A DNA stretch of 64,000 nt from Patescibacteria group bacterium (GTDB lineage: Bacteria > Patescibacteriota > Kazan-3B-28 > UBA10110), in assembly GCA_043802665.1 (NCBI GenBank), contig JAZDKW010000010.1:4024-68023 (forward strand), written 5' to 3'. The notes below the pieces were generated by a model, which was not told the origin of the DNA, ran no database searches, and worked only from the letters and a program-made list of their open reading frames with translations. Position numbers and translations under genes: made by a program. The stretch's first letter is position 1. Every line of letters begins with the position of its first letter. Shown piece after piece: positions 29,932 through 39,565 of this stretch.

Positions 29932-32900
29932 TTAAGGTGCTAAAACCGACATTAATTCTTTTTCTAATTCAGGGGTACGGGCAGTCCGAGTAGTAGTTTT
30001 TAATCTTTGCTGGCGCCCGTTTGTAAAAACCTCTAATTCTACACTGATTTCTCCCGGATGCCTTTCCAGAACGGTTTTGAGAGATTTCAACTTATCGCCA
30101 TTAAAACCTATGGGGACTTTGATTAACAAATTATTTTCACTAAAATACCACCGACTAACAGTAGCTCTGGAAGGCTCTATTTGACTACTTTCCGTAGATA
30201 AAGATGGCATCTGCGCTAAATATTCATCAGTGATCTCCACAATGCTATCGGCTACGATTTTAGCCTCGCTTTTTACTATCATTTCATCCCCCTCTTCTAT
30301 CGCCCTATCTTTCACATTAACTTTCCCTTCGATTAATAGAATCTTATCCGTGGTCAATAAATGACCATAATTATTCATCAAGTTAGGAAAAACAATGACT
30401 TCCAAACTACCGCTCAAGTCCTCAAGGCGCATAAAAGCCATCGGCTCCCGATTCCGCGTGATAGTTTTTTGCATCGATGTAACGATACCCCCCACTTTAA
30501 TTTTTTTATTATCAAAAGAATTATTAATCCGGGCAATTTCTCTTACTTTGCCTGCTAATTTAGGCATCATCTCTTTTAAAGGATGTTTGGAAACATAGGT
30601 ACCTAATAGTTCTTTTTCCCAAGCCAACCGCTCCCGTTCAGTCGATTGTTCACTGGCTTTTAATTGGAAAGTGGGAGCTTCTGTCGTCATCTCGCCAAAA
30701 ATTCCGATCTGATTACTATCACGATGCCGGTGAAAATTAGCTACAAAATCTACCATATTATCTACGTTGTTCAACAGCTCTTTACGATCACCAAAATCAT
30801 CTAAAGCACCTACTCGCGCCAAAGATTCTAAAACTTTTTTATTGATAGCCTCCTTGGGCACACGAGTAAGAAAATTGGTTAAGTCCTGATATGCTCCGTT
30901 CCGTTGGCGCTCATCTTCAATTAACTCAGAAACCTTGCGACCAACATTTTTAATTACATTTAGACCAAACCTAATGTGCCCCGTTCCCTTAACTACCGCA
31001 AAGTCAGTAAAGCTCTCATTAACCGAGGGCGGCAGCACTTTGATGCTGAACCGCTCCGCCTCAGCGATATCTTTAGCCACTCTATCCAGATCTCCTTGAT
31101 CCGAAGTAAGCAAAGCGGCCAAAAACTCATTAGGAAAATGCACTTTTAGGTAGGCCGTCCAATAAGCAATCACTGCATAGGAAGCCGCGTGAGCCTTATT
31201 AAAACCGTACTTAGCAAACGGTTTGACGAATTCAAACAGCTGTTCGGCAATCTTGCGGTCGATACCATTATCAATACCTCCTTTAATAAATTTGATTTGC
31301 TGTTGCATGAGCAAAACTTCATCTTTTTTTCCGATTGCTTTACGCAAGACATCTGCCTCTCCTAAAGTAAACCCGCACAAATCCCGAGCAATTTGCAATA
31401 CCTGTTCTTGGTACACGGCAATGCCATAAGTTGGTTTGAGAATGGGCTCTAATTTAGGATGTAAATATTCAATTTTTTTACGACCGCGTTTGCGATCAAT
31501 GAAATCTGGGATGAGCTCGATCGGCCCAGGCCGATAAAGTGCCACCATCGCGATCAGATCGTCTAAAGCCGATGGTTTTAACTCCTGCAAATTGCGCCGC
31601 ATTCCCTCGCTTTCAAACTGGAATACGCCCACTGTCTCCCCCCGGCTCAGCAAAGTATAGGCCGCCGGATCGTCAAAAGTAATCTTAGTGATATCAATTT
31701 CCTGATCACGCGTCTTGCGAATAATCCGAATGGCATTTCTAATAATAGTAAGGTTTTTGAGGCCCAAAAAATCAATCTTTAGAAGGCCCAATTTTTCAAT
31801 CGGCCCCATAGAATATTGGGTGACTAAAGATACTTCGCCCTTAACGGCACGTTGGGTAGGAGTATAATTTACTAAATCCTTGTCTCCAATAACTACTCCG
31901 GCGGCATGAGTAGAGGTATGTCGTGCCACTCCTTCCAATTTTTTCGATAGATCAATTAGACGTTTAATTTGAGGATCGGTGTCGTAGAGTTTTTTCAGTT
32001 CGCCTACCGTAGCCATGGCCTCGGTAAGACTAAGCCCAAACGGAATTAATTTGGCGATTCTATCTACATCGTTATACACGAGACCTAACGTGCGACCCGT
32101 GTCACGCACTGCAGCGCGCGATGCCATCGTCCCAAAAGTGATAATTTGAGCAACACGAGCTTCTCCGTGCTTCTCCACCACATAACGAATTACTTCTTCC
32201 CGGCGATCATCAGCAAAATCAATATCAAAATCTGGCATACTAATCCGTTCTGGATTTAGAAACCGTTCAAAAAATAAACCATATTCTAAAGGGTCTAAAT
32301 CAGTGATATTTAATACATACGACACCATACTGGCGGCACCGCTCCCCCGACCCGGACCTACCACTACCCCGTGCTCTTTGGCCCAACGAATTAAATCCTC
32401 TACTACCAAAAAGTACGACTCGTAATGCATCTGGTTAATAATTCCCAGCTCATATTTGATCCGGTCCAAAACTGCTTGACTGGGCCGGTCACCAAATCTA
32501 ACCTGAATGCCCCGCTGGACCAGCTGATCCAAATATTCCTGCTCTGAGATTAAACCTGCAGGCAGGTCAAATTTAGGTAAAATAATTTTACCTAACTCCA
32601 ATTCTACATTACAAAGCTCGGCAATTTTATCCGTATTGGCGATCGCTTCCGGAGTGTCAGCAAAGGCTTCAGCCATTACCCCCGGACTTTTTAAATCAAA
32701 AGTGTCACCGTGCATATTAAATCTGTTTTCGTCTGAAAGAAGCGACCCCGTTTGCACACACAGCAGTACATCTTGCGCTTCAGCGTCTTCCGGAGTCAAG
32801 TAATGCGCATCGCAAGTGACTACCAAGGGAATATTGATTTCGTGTGCCAATTCCTTCATAGCCGAATTCGCTTTGATCTGATCAGGCAGATTAAAATGTG

Positions 32901-33420
32901 GCATTAATTCAATATAATAATCTTTTCCAAACACTTCTTGATGCCAAAGAGCTACTTTTTTAGCCTCATCCATCCGGCCTTCTAAAATAGCTTGTGGCAA
33001 CTCTCCGGCCAGGCACCCAGACATCGCAATTAACCCCTCTTTATGCTGAGCCAAAAATTCATGGTCAATCCGCGGTTTATAGTAATACCCATCTAAGTGA
33101 GCTTTAGTGGTAATTTTTAATAAATTAAGATAACCCTGATAGTTTTTAGCCAACAAAGTGAGATGAAAATAACCCTTTTCTCCTTTGACAAAAGTGCGAT
33201 CATCTAACTTACCCTTAGCGACATAAATCTCACACCCTAATATGGGCTTGATGCCTTGTTTGTGGCACTCCAAATAAAACTCAACGATGCCGTACATCAC
33301 CCCATGGTCAGTCAAAGCCAAAGCGGTAGCTCCTTGCGCCTTAGCGGCAGCTACTAAGTCTGGGATTTTAGTCAGGCCATCCAATAAGCTGTAATGGCTG
33401 TGCACATGCAAATGGACCAC
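29932..33420 (-). CDS. dnaE: DNA polymerase III alpha subunit.
   Basis: PHP domain MVHLHVHSHYSLLDG and palm motifs; 1162 aa. Confidence 0.92.
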   Translation of the reverse strand: MVHLHVHSHYSLLDGLTKIPDLVAAAKAQGATALALTDHGVMYGIVEFYLECHKQGIKPILGCEIYVAKGKLDDRTFVKGEKGYFHLTLLAKNYQGYLNLLKITTKAHLDGYYYKPRIDHEFLAQHKEGLIAMSGCLAGELPQAILEGRMDEAKKVALWHQEVFGKDYYIELMPHFNLPDQIKANSAMKELAHEINIPLVVTCDAHYLTPEDAEAQDVLLCVQTGSLLSDENRFNMHGDTFDLKSPGVMAEAFADTPEAIANTDKIAELCNVELELGKIILPKFDLPAGLISEQEYLDQLVQRGIQVRFGDRPSQAVLDRIKYELGIINQMHYESYFLVVEDLIRWAKEHGVVVGPGRGSGAASMVSYVLNITDLDPLEYGLFFERFLNPERISMPDFDIDFADDRREEVIRYVVEKHGEARVAQIITFGTMASRAAVRDTGRTLGLVYNDVDRIAKLIPFGLSLTEAMATVGELKKLYDTDPQIKRLIDLSKKLEGVARHTSTHAAGVVIGDKDLVNYTPTQRAVKGEVSLVTQYSMGPIEKLGLLKIDFLGLKNLTIIRNAIRIIRKTRDQEIDITKITFDDPAAYTLLSRGETVGVFQFESEGMRRNLQELKPSALDDLIAMVALYRPGPIELIPDFIDRKRGRKKIEYLHPKLEPILKPTYGIAVYQEQVLQIARDLCGFTLGEADVLRKAIGKKDEVLLMQQQIKFIKGGIDNGIDRKIAEQLFEFVKPFAKYGFNKAHAASYAVIAYWTAYLKVHFPNEFLAALLTSDQGDLDRVAKDIAEAERFSIKVLPPSVNESFTDFAVVKGTGHIRFGLNVIKNVGRKVSELIEDERQRNGAYQDLTNFLTRVPKEAINKKVLESLARVGALDDFGDRKELLNNVDNMVDFVANFHRHRDSNQIGIFGEMTTEAPTFQLKASEQSTERERLAWEKELLGTYVSKHPLKEMMPKLAGKVREIARINNSFDNKKIKVGGIVTSMQKTITRNREPMAFMRLEDLSGSLEVIVFPNLMNNYGHLLTTDKILLIEGKVNVKDRAIEEGDEMIVKSEAKIVADSIVEITDEYLAQMPSLSTESSQIEPSRATVSRWYFSENNLLIKVPIGFNGDKLKSLKTVLERHPGEISVELEVFTNGRQQRLKTTTRTARTPELEKELMSVLAP

Positions 33421-33488
33421 TTTTTTCCTCCTACCATAAAACTACGATAAACGTACTTTTTATTCTAACAGATTAATCTCAACCTTGC

Positions 33489-34133
33489 TTAGCGGCGCCG
33501 GCGCTCAAAAAACAACCAACTGATAAGTACTAATGCGAATACAGCACCCAAGATTATTACTACTCCCCAGACCCAATTCAAAATAGAATGGGTGATCCAG
33601 ATCGCTGCATCTACTAATGCCCCGCCCCAAAGAGTATCGTTAAGAAACCATACCCCGACCAAAAAGATTAATATCCCCAAAAACATATCCCGCAACAGGT
33701 GGGGGTGAGACTCACCAAAATAAACTACCTCATTAACAAATACTTGCCATCCGCTCTTCTCGCGATAATCTTTCCCCATCATATCCAAAATTGACTTAAG
33801 ATAGATTCCCGTAGCTTCCTTCGCAGTTTTAGCATCTACAAAAAATCCGGGCACCTCTACGATGTCTTCATATACTTTCCGGCTCTCCAACAAACCTTTC
33901 ATATTGGAAAATAAATTCGCCGAATTTTGGATCGCTTCGTTCACTGTTTCGCCGAAACTAATCACACCCAAAACTTCACGAAAAAGTTTATCCGCCTCTA
34001 CTACGGCCATATTTAAAGCCGCTTTGCTTTTTTGAGCTAACAGTTTTTCAATACGATCCCATTCTTTCTCGATGATGATTTCTTCCTGCTCAATTTCCTG
34101 CTCGGGAGAAGGATCTAAAATTTCATCTTCCAT
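33489..34133 (-). CDS. Hypothetical membrane protein (acidic N-terminus, C-terminal TM helices).
   Basis: ORF with two C-terminal hydrophobic helices. Confidence 0.35.
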   Translation of the reverse strand: MEDEILDPSPEQEIEQEEIIIEKEWDRIEKLLAQKSKAALNMAVVEADKLFREVLGVISFGETVNEAIQNSANLFSNMKGLLESRKVYEDIVEVPGFFVDAKTAKEATGIYLKSILDMMGKDYREKSGWQVFVNEVVYFGESHPHLLRDMFLGILIFLVGVWFLNDTLWGGALVDAAIWITHSILNWVWGVVIILGAVFALVLISWLFFERRRR

Positions 34134-34135
34134 AA

Positions 34136-36496
34136 TTAATAGAAATTAATAATTTTATCCAGTACAAACTTATAATTCTTGTTTTCAACTAATTCCGCCA
34201 GTTTGGGATCTTGTTTAATTGCCGCAAGGACCTCTCCCTCATTCGCACCAGCTGGCATTTCCACGATACCCCGCTTTTTCCCGGTTTCCTGTACCACCAA
34301 GGTCACAAAGGTCAATTTGGCTTTAGCGGCATTAGCCTCTGGCCAACGAGTACTAAGCACACTCCCCTTTTTGCCCAAAACTCCCTGCCAAAGTTCTTCG
34401 GCCAAGTGCGGAGCAAACGGTGCTAACAAAATGATGAAATTTTCTATCCAACCGTTACTTTTGCAGTCAGCAATCGCCCCATTGATAAAAATCATAAAGG
34501 TACTAACCGCCGTATTAAAATGAAGCTCTTCTATATCTTTAGTAATTTTAATGATCAACCGATGCATATCGTTTTCTTTGCTATCATCCTGGGGCAACTT
34601 CACCCTTTCTTGAATTAAGCGATATGTCCGATCCAAGAATTTCTTTACTCCCTCAATCCCGGCCGTGCTCCACGGGATCGGCTGATCAAACGGTCCCATA
34701 AACATTTCGTACATCCTGAGGGCATCTGCGCCAAAACCTTCCACCACTTCATCTGGGTTAATGACATTGCCTTTGGATTTGCTCATTTTTTCACCGTTTT
34801 CACCTAAAATCAGCCCCTGATGACGCAATTTCAAGAACGGCTCATCAAAACTTAAGTAACCCAATTTATGCAGAACTTTAGTAATAAATCTAGCAAATAT
34901 TAGGTGCCCTGTGGCATGCTCCGCACCCCCAATATAGATATCCACGGGTAGCCAATACTTTAATTTATCAGGGTCAGCGAATTCTCTATTGTTTTGGGGG
35001 TCGGCATAGCGTAGATAATACCACGATGAGCAAACAAAAGTATCTAATGTATCGTACTCTCGTCGTACTGCTTTGGGATACCCCGCAGGCAATTTTTTAA
35101 ATTCTTCGGAATAAGTTAAGGGTGATTCGCCGGTAGGCCTAAACTCTACGTCGGTCGGCAAAATCACGGGCAGATCTTCCATTTTGATTGGAATCGGATT
35201 TTCATTTTTGTCATACAAAATAGGAATTGGTGTCCCCCAGTATCTTTGCCTACTCACCAACCAATCTCGCAACCGATATTTTATGGTAATTTCTCCGCCT
35301 ACCAGCTTAGTAATCGCTTTGCTTGCATCACTGTAATCTATCCCGTCAAACTTCCCGGAATTGATTAGTTTGCCAGTACCAGTAAACGGTAATTCTCCGT
35401 CGCCTGAGATAACTTCTTTAATTGATAAATCAAACTTTTGGGCAAAAACAAAATCACGCATATCGTGAGCAGGTACACACATTACTGCGCCATATCCGTA
35501 ACCAGCCAGTACATAATCCGCTACCCAAATAGGGATTTTTTCGTTATTAGCCGGATTAATCGCATAAGCTCCGGTAAAAACACCTGTTTTGTCTTTGGTT
35601 TCGGCTATCCGATCTAATTCGGTTTTCTTTGCAGTAGTTTCCTGATATTTTTTGACTTCCGTTTTGTATTCATCGGTTACAATGTTATCTAAATCAGTAT
35701 ATTCCGGCGCTAATACCATATAAGTGGCACCAAATAATGTATCTGGCCGGGTAGTAAAAACCTTTATCTTCATATCAGAGTCTTTGACCTGGAACTCAAT
35801 ATCTGCGCCTTCGGATTTACCGATCCAATTACGTTGGATCTCTTTAGTGCTCTCCGGCCAATCTAATTTGCCTAACCCTGCAATTAAATCTTCAGCAAAA
35901 TCAGTGATCTTGAAAAACCACTGTTTGCGTTTTTCCTGCACTACGGCTGTGCCGCACCGTTCACAACACCCCCCTACCACCTGTTCATTCGCTAATACAG
36001 TTTTGTCATTAGGACACCAATTTACAAATGCCTCTTTTTGATAGGCCAAACCATTTTTATAGAGCTCCAGGAATAACCACTGGGTCCATTTATAATATTC
36101 CGGGTCAGAAGTGACAATTTGCCGGCTCCAATCATAAGAAAGGCCCAACATATTAAGCTGTTGGCTAAAACGTGTGATGTTTTGAGCAGTATTCTCCGCT
36201 GGTGGCACCCCTTTTTTGATGGCCGCGTTTTCGGCAGGCAAACCAAACGCATCAAACCCTACCGGGTGCAATATACTGAAGCCATTTAGTCTAAAATAAT
36301 GCGACAAAATATCGCTGGCAGTGTAACTTCTGGGATGCCCAACATGTAATCCATCCCCCGAGGGGTATGGGAACATATCTAAAACGTATTTTTTATCCCC
36401 TGCTTCCTTTGCCAAAAATAACTGGTTTTTCTCCCAATATTTCTGCCATTTAGCATCCAATTTCTGGTGGTCGTATTTTTCCTTTATCTCTGCCAT
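34136..36496 (-). CDS. leuS: Leucyl-tRNA synthetase.
   Basis: HVGHP (HIGH-class) and KMSKSKGN motifs. Confidence 0.92.
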   Translation of the reverse strand: MAEIKEKYDHQKLDAKWQKYWEKNQLFLAKEAGDKKYVLDMFPYPSGDGLHVGHPRSYTASDILSHYFRLNGFSILHPVGFDAFGLPAENAAIKKGVPPAENTAQNITRFSQQLNMLGLSYDWSRQIVTSDPEYYKWTQWLFLELYKNGLAYQKEAFVNWCPNDKTVLANEQVVGGCCERCGTAVVQEKRKQWFFKITDFAEDLIAGLGKLDWPESTKEIQRNWIGKSEGADIEFQVKDSDMKIKVFTTRPDTLFGATYMVLAPEYTDLDNIVTDEYKTEVKKYQETTAKKTELDRIAETKDKTGVFTGAYAINPANNEKIPIWVADYVLAGYGYGAVMCVPAHDMRDFVFAQKFDLSIKEVISGDGELPFTGTGKLINSGKFDGIDYSDASKAITKLVGGEITIKYRLRDWLVSRQRYWGTPIPILYDKNENPIPIKMEDLPVILPTDVEFRPTGESPLTYSEEFKKLPAGYPKAVRREYDTLDTFVCSSWYYLRYADPQNNREFADPDKLKYWLPVDIYIGGAEHATGHLIFARFITKVLHKLGYLSFDEPFLKLRHQGLILGENGEKMSKSKGNVINPDEVVEGFGADALRMYEMFMGPFDQPIPWSTAGIEGVKKFLDRTYRLIQERVKLPQDDSKENDMHRLIIKITKDIEELHFNTAVSTFMIFINGAIADCKSNGWIENFIILLAPFAPHLAEELWQGVLGKKGSVLSTRWPEANAAKAKLTFVTLVVQETGKKRGIVEMPAGANEGEVLAAIKQDPKLAELVENKNYKFVLDKIINFY

Positions 36497-36561
36497 ACTA
36501 TTAAATTAAGCCACCCATAGTAGCAGCTTAATTTTATCACAAACCAAATTTAGGTCTGCCA

Positions 36562-37101
36562 TCACTTAACTGGCCTGGAAACTAATTGCCAGATTTTTTG
36601 GATAGCAAATTCTTCATTCCCTACTACCAATTTATACAGCACTGGACTAACTACCACCGCGAAAATTACATTTCCGCCCAGGTGCCAAAGGGTAAATGGA
36701 ATTTGGCCGATGAGCGCTTGCATAAATGACATCTTAAAAATTACACTGCTCATAATCGGGCCGGTGATAAAATCGTAAATCAGAGTGGCCACAACAGAAA
36801 ATCCAGCAAAATTCAAAGCACTGGCTGATCGATTCTTAAACCACCAGGCCGCTCCCAACCCCACCAAACCATACATCGCCGCAGTCACCCAAGTCCAAAC
36901 CCCAAACTTAGTCAGCAAATCAAAAATAATGATACTTAAAAATCCGAAAGCAAAACCGCCAAGATAGTTAAACCGTTTGCCGAATGGCATAGTGGTTGCC
37001 ATCACTGGTTCTATATTAGGCACTCTCCATGGGATTAGCCGAATTAGCAAAACCACCGCCAGGCCCAGGATATACTTTATCACAAGATTAACCTTTTTCA
37101 T
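36562..37101 (-). CDS. Polytopic membrane protein, ECF-transporter S-component-like (tentative).
   Basis: 179 aa with five to six TM helices; the assignment rests on architecture only. Confidence 0.35.
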   Translation of the reverse strand: MKKVNLVIKYILGLAVVLLIRLIPWRVPNIEPVMATTMPFGKRFNYLGGFAFGFLSIIIFDLLTKFGVWTWVTAAMYGLVGLGAAWWFKNRSASALNFAGFSVVATLIYDFITGPIMSSVIFKMSFMQALIGQIPFTLWHLGGNVIFAVVVSPVLYKLVVGNEEFAIQKIWQLVSRPVK

Positions 37102-37102
37102 C

Positions 37103-37211
37103 CCGTTAGAGGCAAACTGCCTTAGTTAATAATAAACTTCTGCACATACATTATCTGAGTTGAGAGTTAACCGTTAGTTCACGAAACCTTTTGAGGCCCC
37201 TGCCTCTAACG
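37103..37211. repeat. Inverted repeat ATCCCGTTAGAGGCA … TGCCTCTAACGGGAT (copy C), abutting the start codon of 36562..37101.
   Basis: Read directly. Confidence 0.55.
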
Positions 37212-37315
37212 GGATTCATCTCCACCCCGCCCTTAATAATAGGTAACCGTATAATACCACACTGATAAAATCGGTTAGCAGACTCGAACAGAGACTTTTA
37301 TTATCTTTTTTGAAC

Positions 37316-37345
37316 GGCCCAACGCGTTGGGCCGTTCAAATCAAG
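37316..37345. repeat. Long palindrome TTGAACGGCCCAACG|CGTTGGGCCGTTCAA; family member 2.
   Basis: 15-bp perfect arms. Confidence 0.6.
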
Positions 37346-37354
37346 CTTAAATTT

Positions 37355-37397
37355 GCGGGAGATTTTCCATTTTGGTGGACCGTACCGGATGATTTTC
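37355..37397. repeat. Direct duplicate of the tRNA-Ala 3' end plus part of its downstream hairpin (19 bp exact TGGTGGACCGTACCGGAT).
   Basis: Identical to 37537..37555; flanks GGGAGATTTTCCATTTTGG versus GGGGAGTTTTTCATTCTGG. Confidence 0.6.
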
Positions 37398-37502
37398 CCT
37401 GCTGCTGCAGGGGCCCTTCGTTCGCCGCAATAAGGAAAGACACATACATATAAAGCAGCTCACGGACGAACCTCTCCCCGGTTTTCATCTGCACTATCAC
37501 CA

Positions 37503-37536
37503 GAATGAAAATCTCCCGTCGGGGAGTTTTTCATTC
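37503..37536. terminator. Perfect hairpin immediately 3' of tRNA-Ala.
   Basis: GAATGAAAATCTCCCGtcGGGGAGTTTTTCATTC. Confidence 0.5.
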
Positions 37537-37613
37537 TGGTGGACCGTACCGGATTCGAACCGGTGACCTCTACGATGCCATCGTAGCGCTCTACCAAGCT
37601 AAGCTAACGGCCC
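37537..37613 (-). tRNA. tRNA-Ala (anticodon GGC) with the G3:U70 identity pair.
   Basis: Manual fold: GGGCCGT/ACGGTCC acceptor, D-arm GCTT…GAGC, anticodon stem CTACG/CGTAG with loop ATGGCAT, T-arm ACCGGTTCGAATCCGGT, ACCA. Confidence 0.82.
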
Positions 37614-37668
37614 TTCCTTTACCACAGGATAGCTGACAATTACCATTATCGCAAGTTATACTAAAAGC

Positions 37669-39021
37669 ATGAATACCTCTATCCAATTTTTAGGAGCCTG
37701 CGGCACCGTCACGGGCTCTAATTACCTCATTACTTTAGGGGAAACGAGGTTCTTGGTCGATTGCGGTCTGTTCCAAGGAGATTGGGCCAATCAACAACAT
37801 AACTACGAACCCTTCGCCTTCAATCCCCAAGAAATTGATTTTATGGTCTTAACCCATGCTCATTTAGACCACTGCGGCCGAATCCCCAAGCTTTACCGCG
37901 AAGGTTTCCGCGGAAAAATATATTGCACCCCCGCCACCGCCGAGCTCACCAAGACTATCCTCACTGATGCCGCGCAGATCCAGGAACATGGAGTACGCGA
38001 AGAACAAATTGAGGAATTATTTAACAGGCAAGATGCTACAGGTGCCACCAAGCTTTTCCACCGACTGGACTACCAAAATGAATTTAAAATTAATCCCAAG
38101 ATTAAGCTCCGCTTGCAGGATGCCGGACATATTTTAGGCTCTGCTATAGTAGAACTCTGGGTAGAAGACAAGAAATTAGTTTTTTCGGGTGATTTAGGAA
38201 ACAGCCCTGTTCCTATTCTCCGCGATCCTGCCATAATTCACGAAGCAGACTACGTTATTTGCGAATCCACTTATGGTAACCGCTTGCATACTCCTTTGCA
38301 AAATCGGGAGAAAGATCTTCTCCAGGCCGCTCTTTTTGCCAAACAACATAAAGCAGTGGCTATCGTCCCCTCTTTCGCACTCGAACGAACCCAAGACCTT
38401 TTATACACAATCAATTTATTAATCAACCAAGGCAAGTTCCCTAAAATACCAGTAATTTTAGACAGCCCCTTAGCCGCAACCATCACCACTATCTATAAAA
38501 AGTACACTCATTTATTTGATGAAACTTTTCAAAAATACCTCAAAGACGACCCCGATCTTTTCGATTTCCCTGGATTGCAAATTACCACTACTGCCGTGCA
38601 ATCCAAAAAACTTAATACTTTTGATAAAGCGGCGATGATTATCGCCGGTTCCGGTATGGCTGATGCGGGCCGGGTACCCCACCACATCTTGCACCATGGG
38701 AGTAATCCAAATACCCAAATCCTATTCACCGGCTTTCAGGTTCCTGGAACGTTGGGCCGCAAGATCTTGGAAGGAGCCAAGCGAATTCAGGCCTACGGAC
38801 AATCCACTACCATAAAGGCTAAGGTAGCCAATATCGAAGCCTTCTCTTCTCATGCTGACCAAGCAGGCATCCTTAAATGGTTAGGAGGATTTCGTACCCA
38901 TCCTCAAGTTTTTGTGACCCATGGCGACGATGAACCCCGCCAAATACTCTCGGGAAAAATAAGCCAAGAACTCAAACTCAAAAACCACCAGCCCACCCTG
39001 AAAGAAATTATCCAGCTTTAG
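37669..39021 (+). CDS. Beta-CASP family MBL-fold ribonuclease (RNase J/CPSF-like).
   Basis: VLTHAHLDHCGRIP (HxHxDH), later motifs and RMMBL-like C-terminus. Confidence 0.75.
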   Translation: MNTSIQFLGACGTVTGSNYLITLGETRFLVDCGLFQGDWANQQHNYEPFAFNPQEIDFMVLTHAHLDHCGRIPKLYREGFRGKIYCTPATAELTKTILTDAAQIQEHGVREEQIEELFNRQDATGATKLFHRLDYQNEFKINPKIKLRLQDAGHILGSAIVELWVEDKKLVFSGDLGNSPVPILRDPAIIHEADYVICESTYGNRLHTPLQNREKDLLQAALFAKQHKAVAIVPSFALERTQDLLYTINLLINQGKFPKIPVILDSPLAATITTIYKKYTHLFDETFQKYLKDDPDLFDFPGLQITTTAVQSKKLNTFDKAAMIIAGSGMADAGRVPHHILHHGSNPNTQILFTGFQVPGTLGRKILEGAKRIQAYGQSTTIKAKVANIEAFSSHADQAGILKWLGGFRTHPQVFVTHGDDEPRQILSGKISQELKLKNHQPTLKEIIQL

Positions 39022-39031
39022 TCTGGCTGAC

Positions 39032-39565
39032 TTAGATTTTGATGTTTTTAGCTACTGCTTCTACCCAAGGCAAGGATTTTTCTTTGCCAGATATAGCAAA
39101 ATAAACTCCGATTAGACTCAATCCTGCGAATCCCAACCAAGCTATTTGGTAAAGGAATTTGATTGCTCCTGCCGCGTGCAAAGAGAACAGGGTCAGTAAA
39201 AAAGATTCGACCAGCCAAAGCAAAAACCAAACTACTAACTCGGCAACAAATAAGGCTATCCCCCGTTTGATATGAAAAGCCACGAATGGGATATCTTTTT
39301 TGACTACCCAAGGTATGATAAACAAAACCGAGAGATAACTTAGAGCGGCGAATATTTTAGTATCACCATCTAATGCCGCTGGTTTTGGCTGAGGAGGTTG
39401 AGAAGAATTAGCAGAAATACTTGGGGTTGGCACAACCGAGGTCGGCTCCGATTGAACTGGGGTTGGTTCCGGCTGAGATGATGGGGCTATAGGTTGAACC
39501 TCCGGTGTTACAGGCTGGTTCTCGGGTTGGGTCTCGGGTTGAAGAGGTGATGATGAGTTATCCAT
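39032..39565 (-). CDS. Membrane protein with Pro/Ser/Gln-rich N-terminus and a DUF4870-like TM core.
   Basis: KIFAALSYLSVLFIIPWVV…FHIKRGIALFV. Confidence 0.4.
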   Translation of the reverse strand: MDNSSSPLQPETQPENQPVTPEVQPIAPSSQPEPTPVQSEPTSVVPTPSISANSSQPPQPKPAALDGDTKIFAALSYLSVLFIIPWVVKKDIPFVAFHIKRGIALFVAELVVWFLLWLVESFLLTLFSLHAAGAIKFLYQIAWLGFAGLSLIGVYFAISGKEKSLPWVEAVAKNIKI

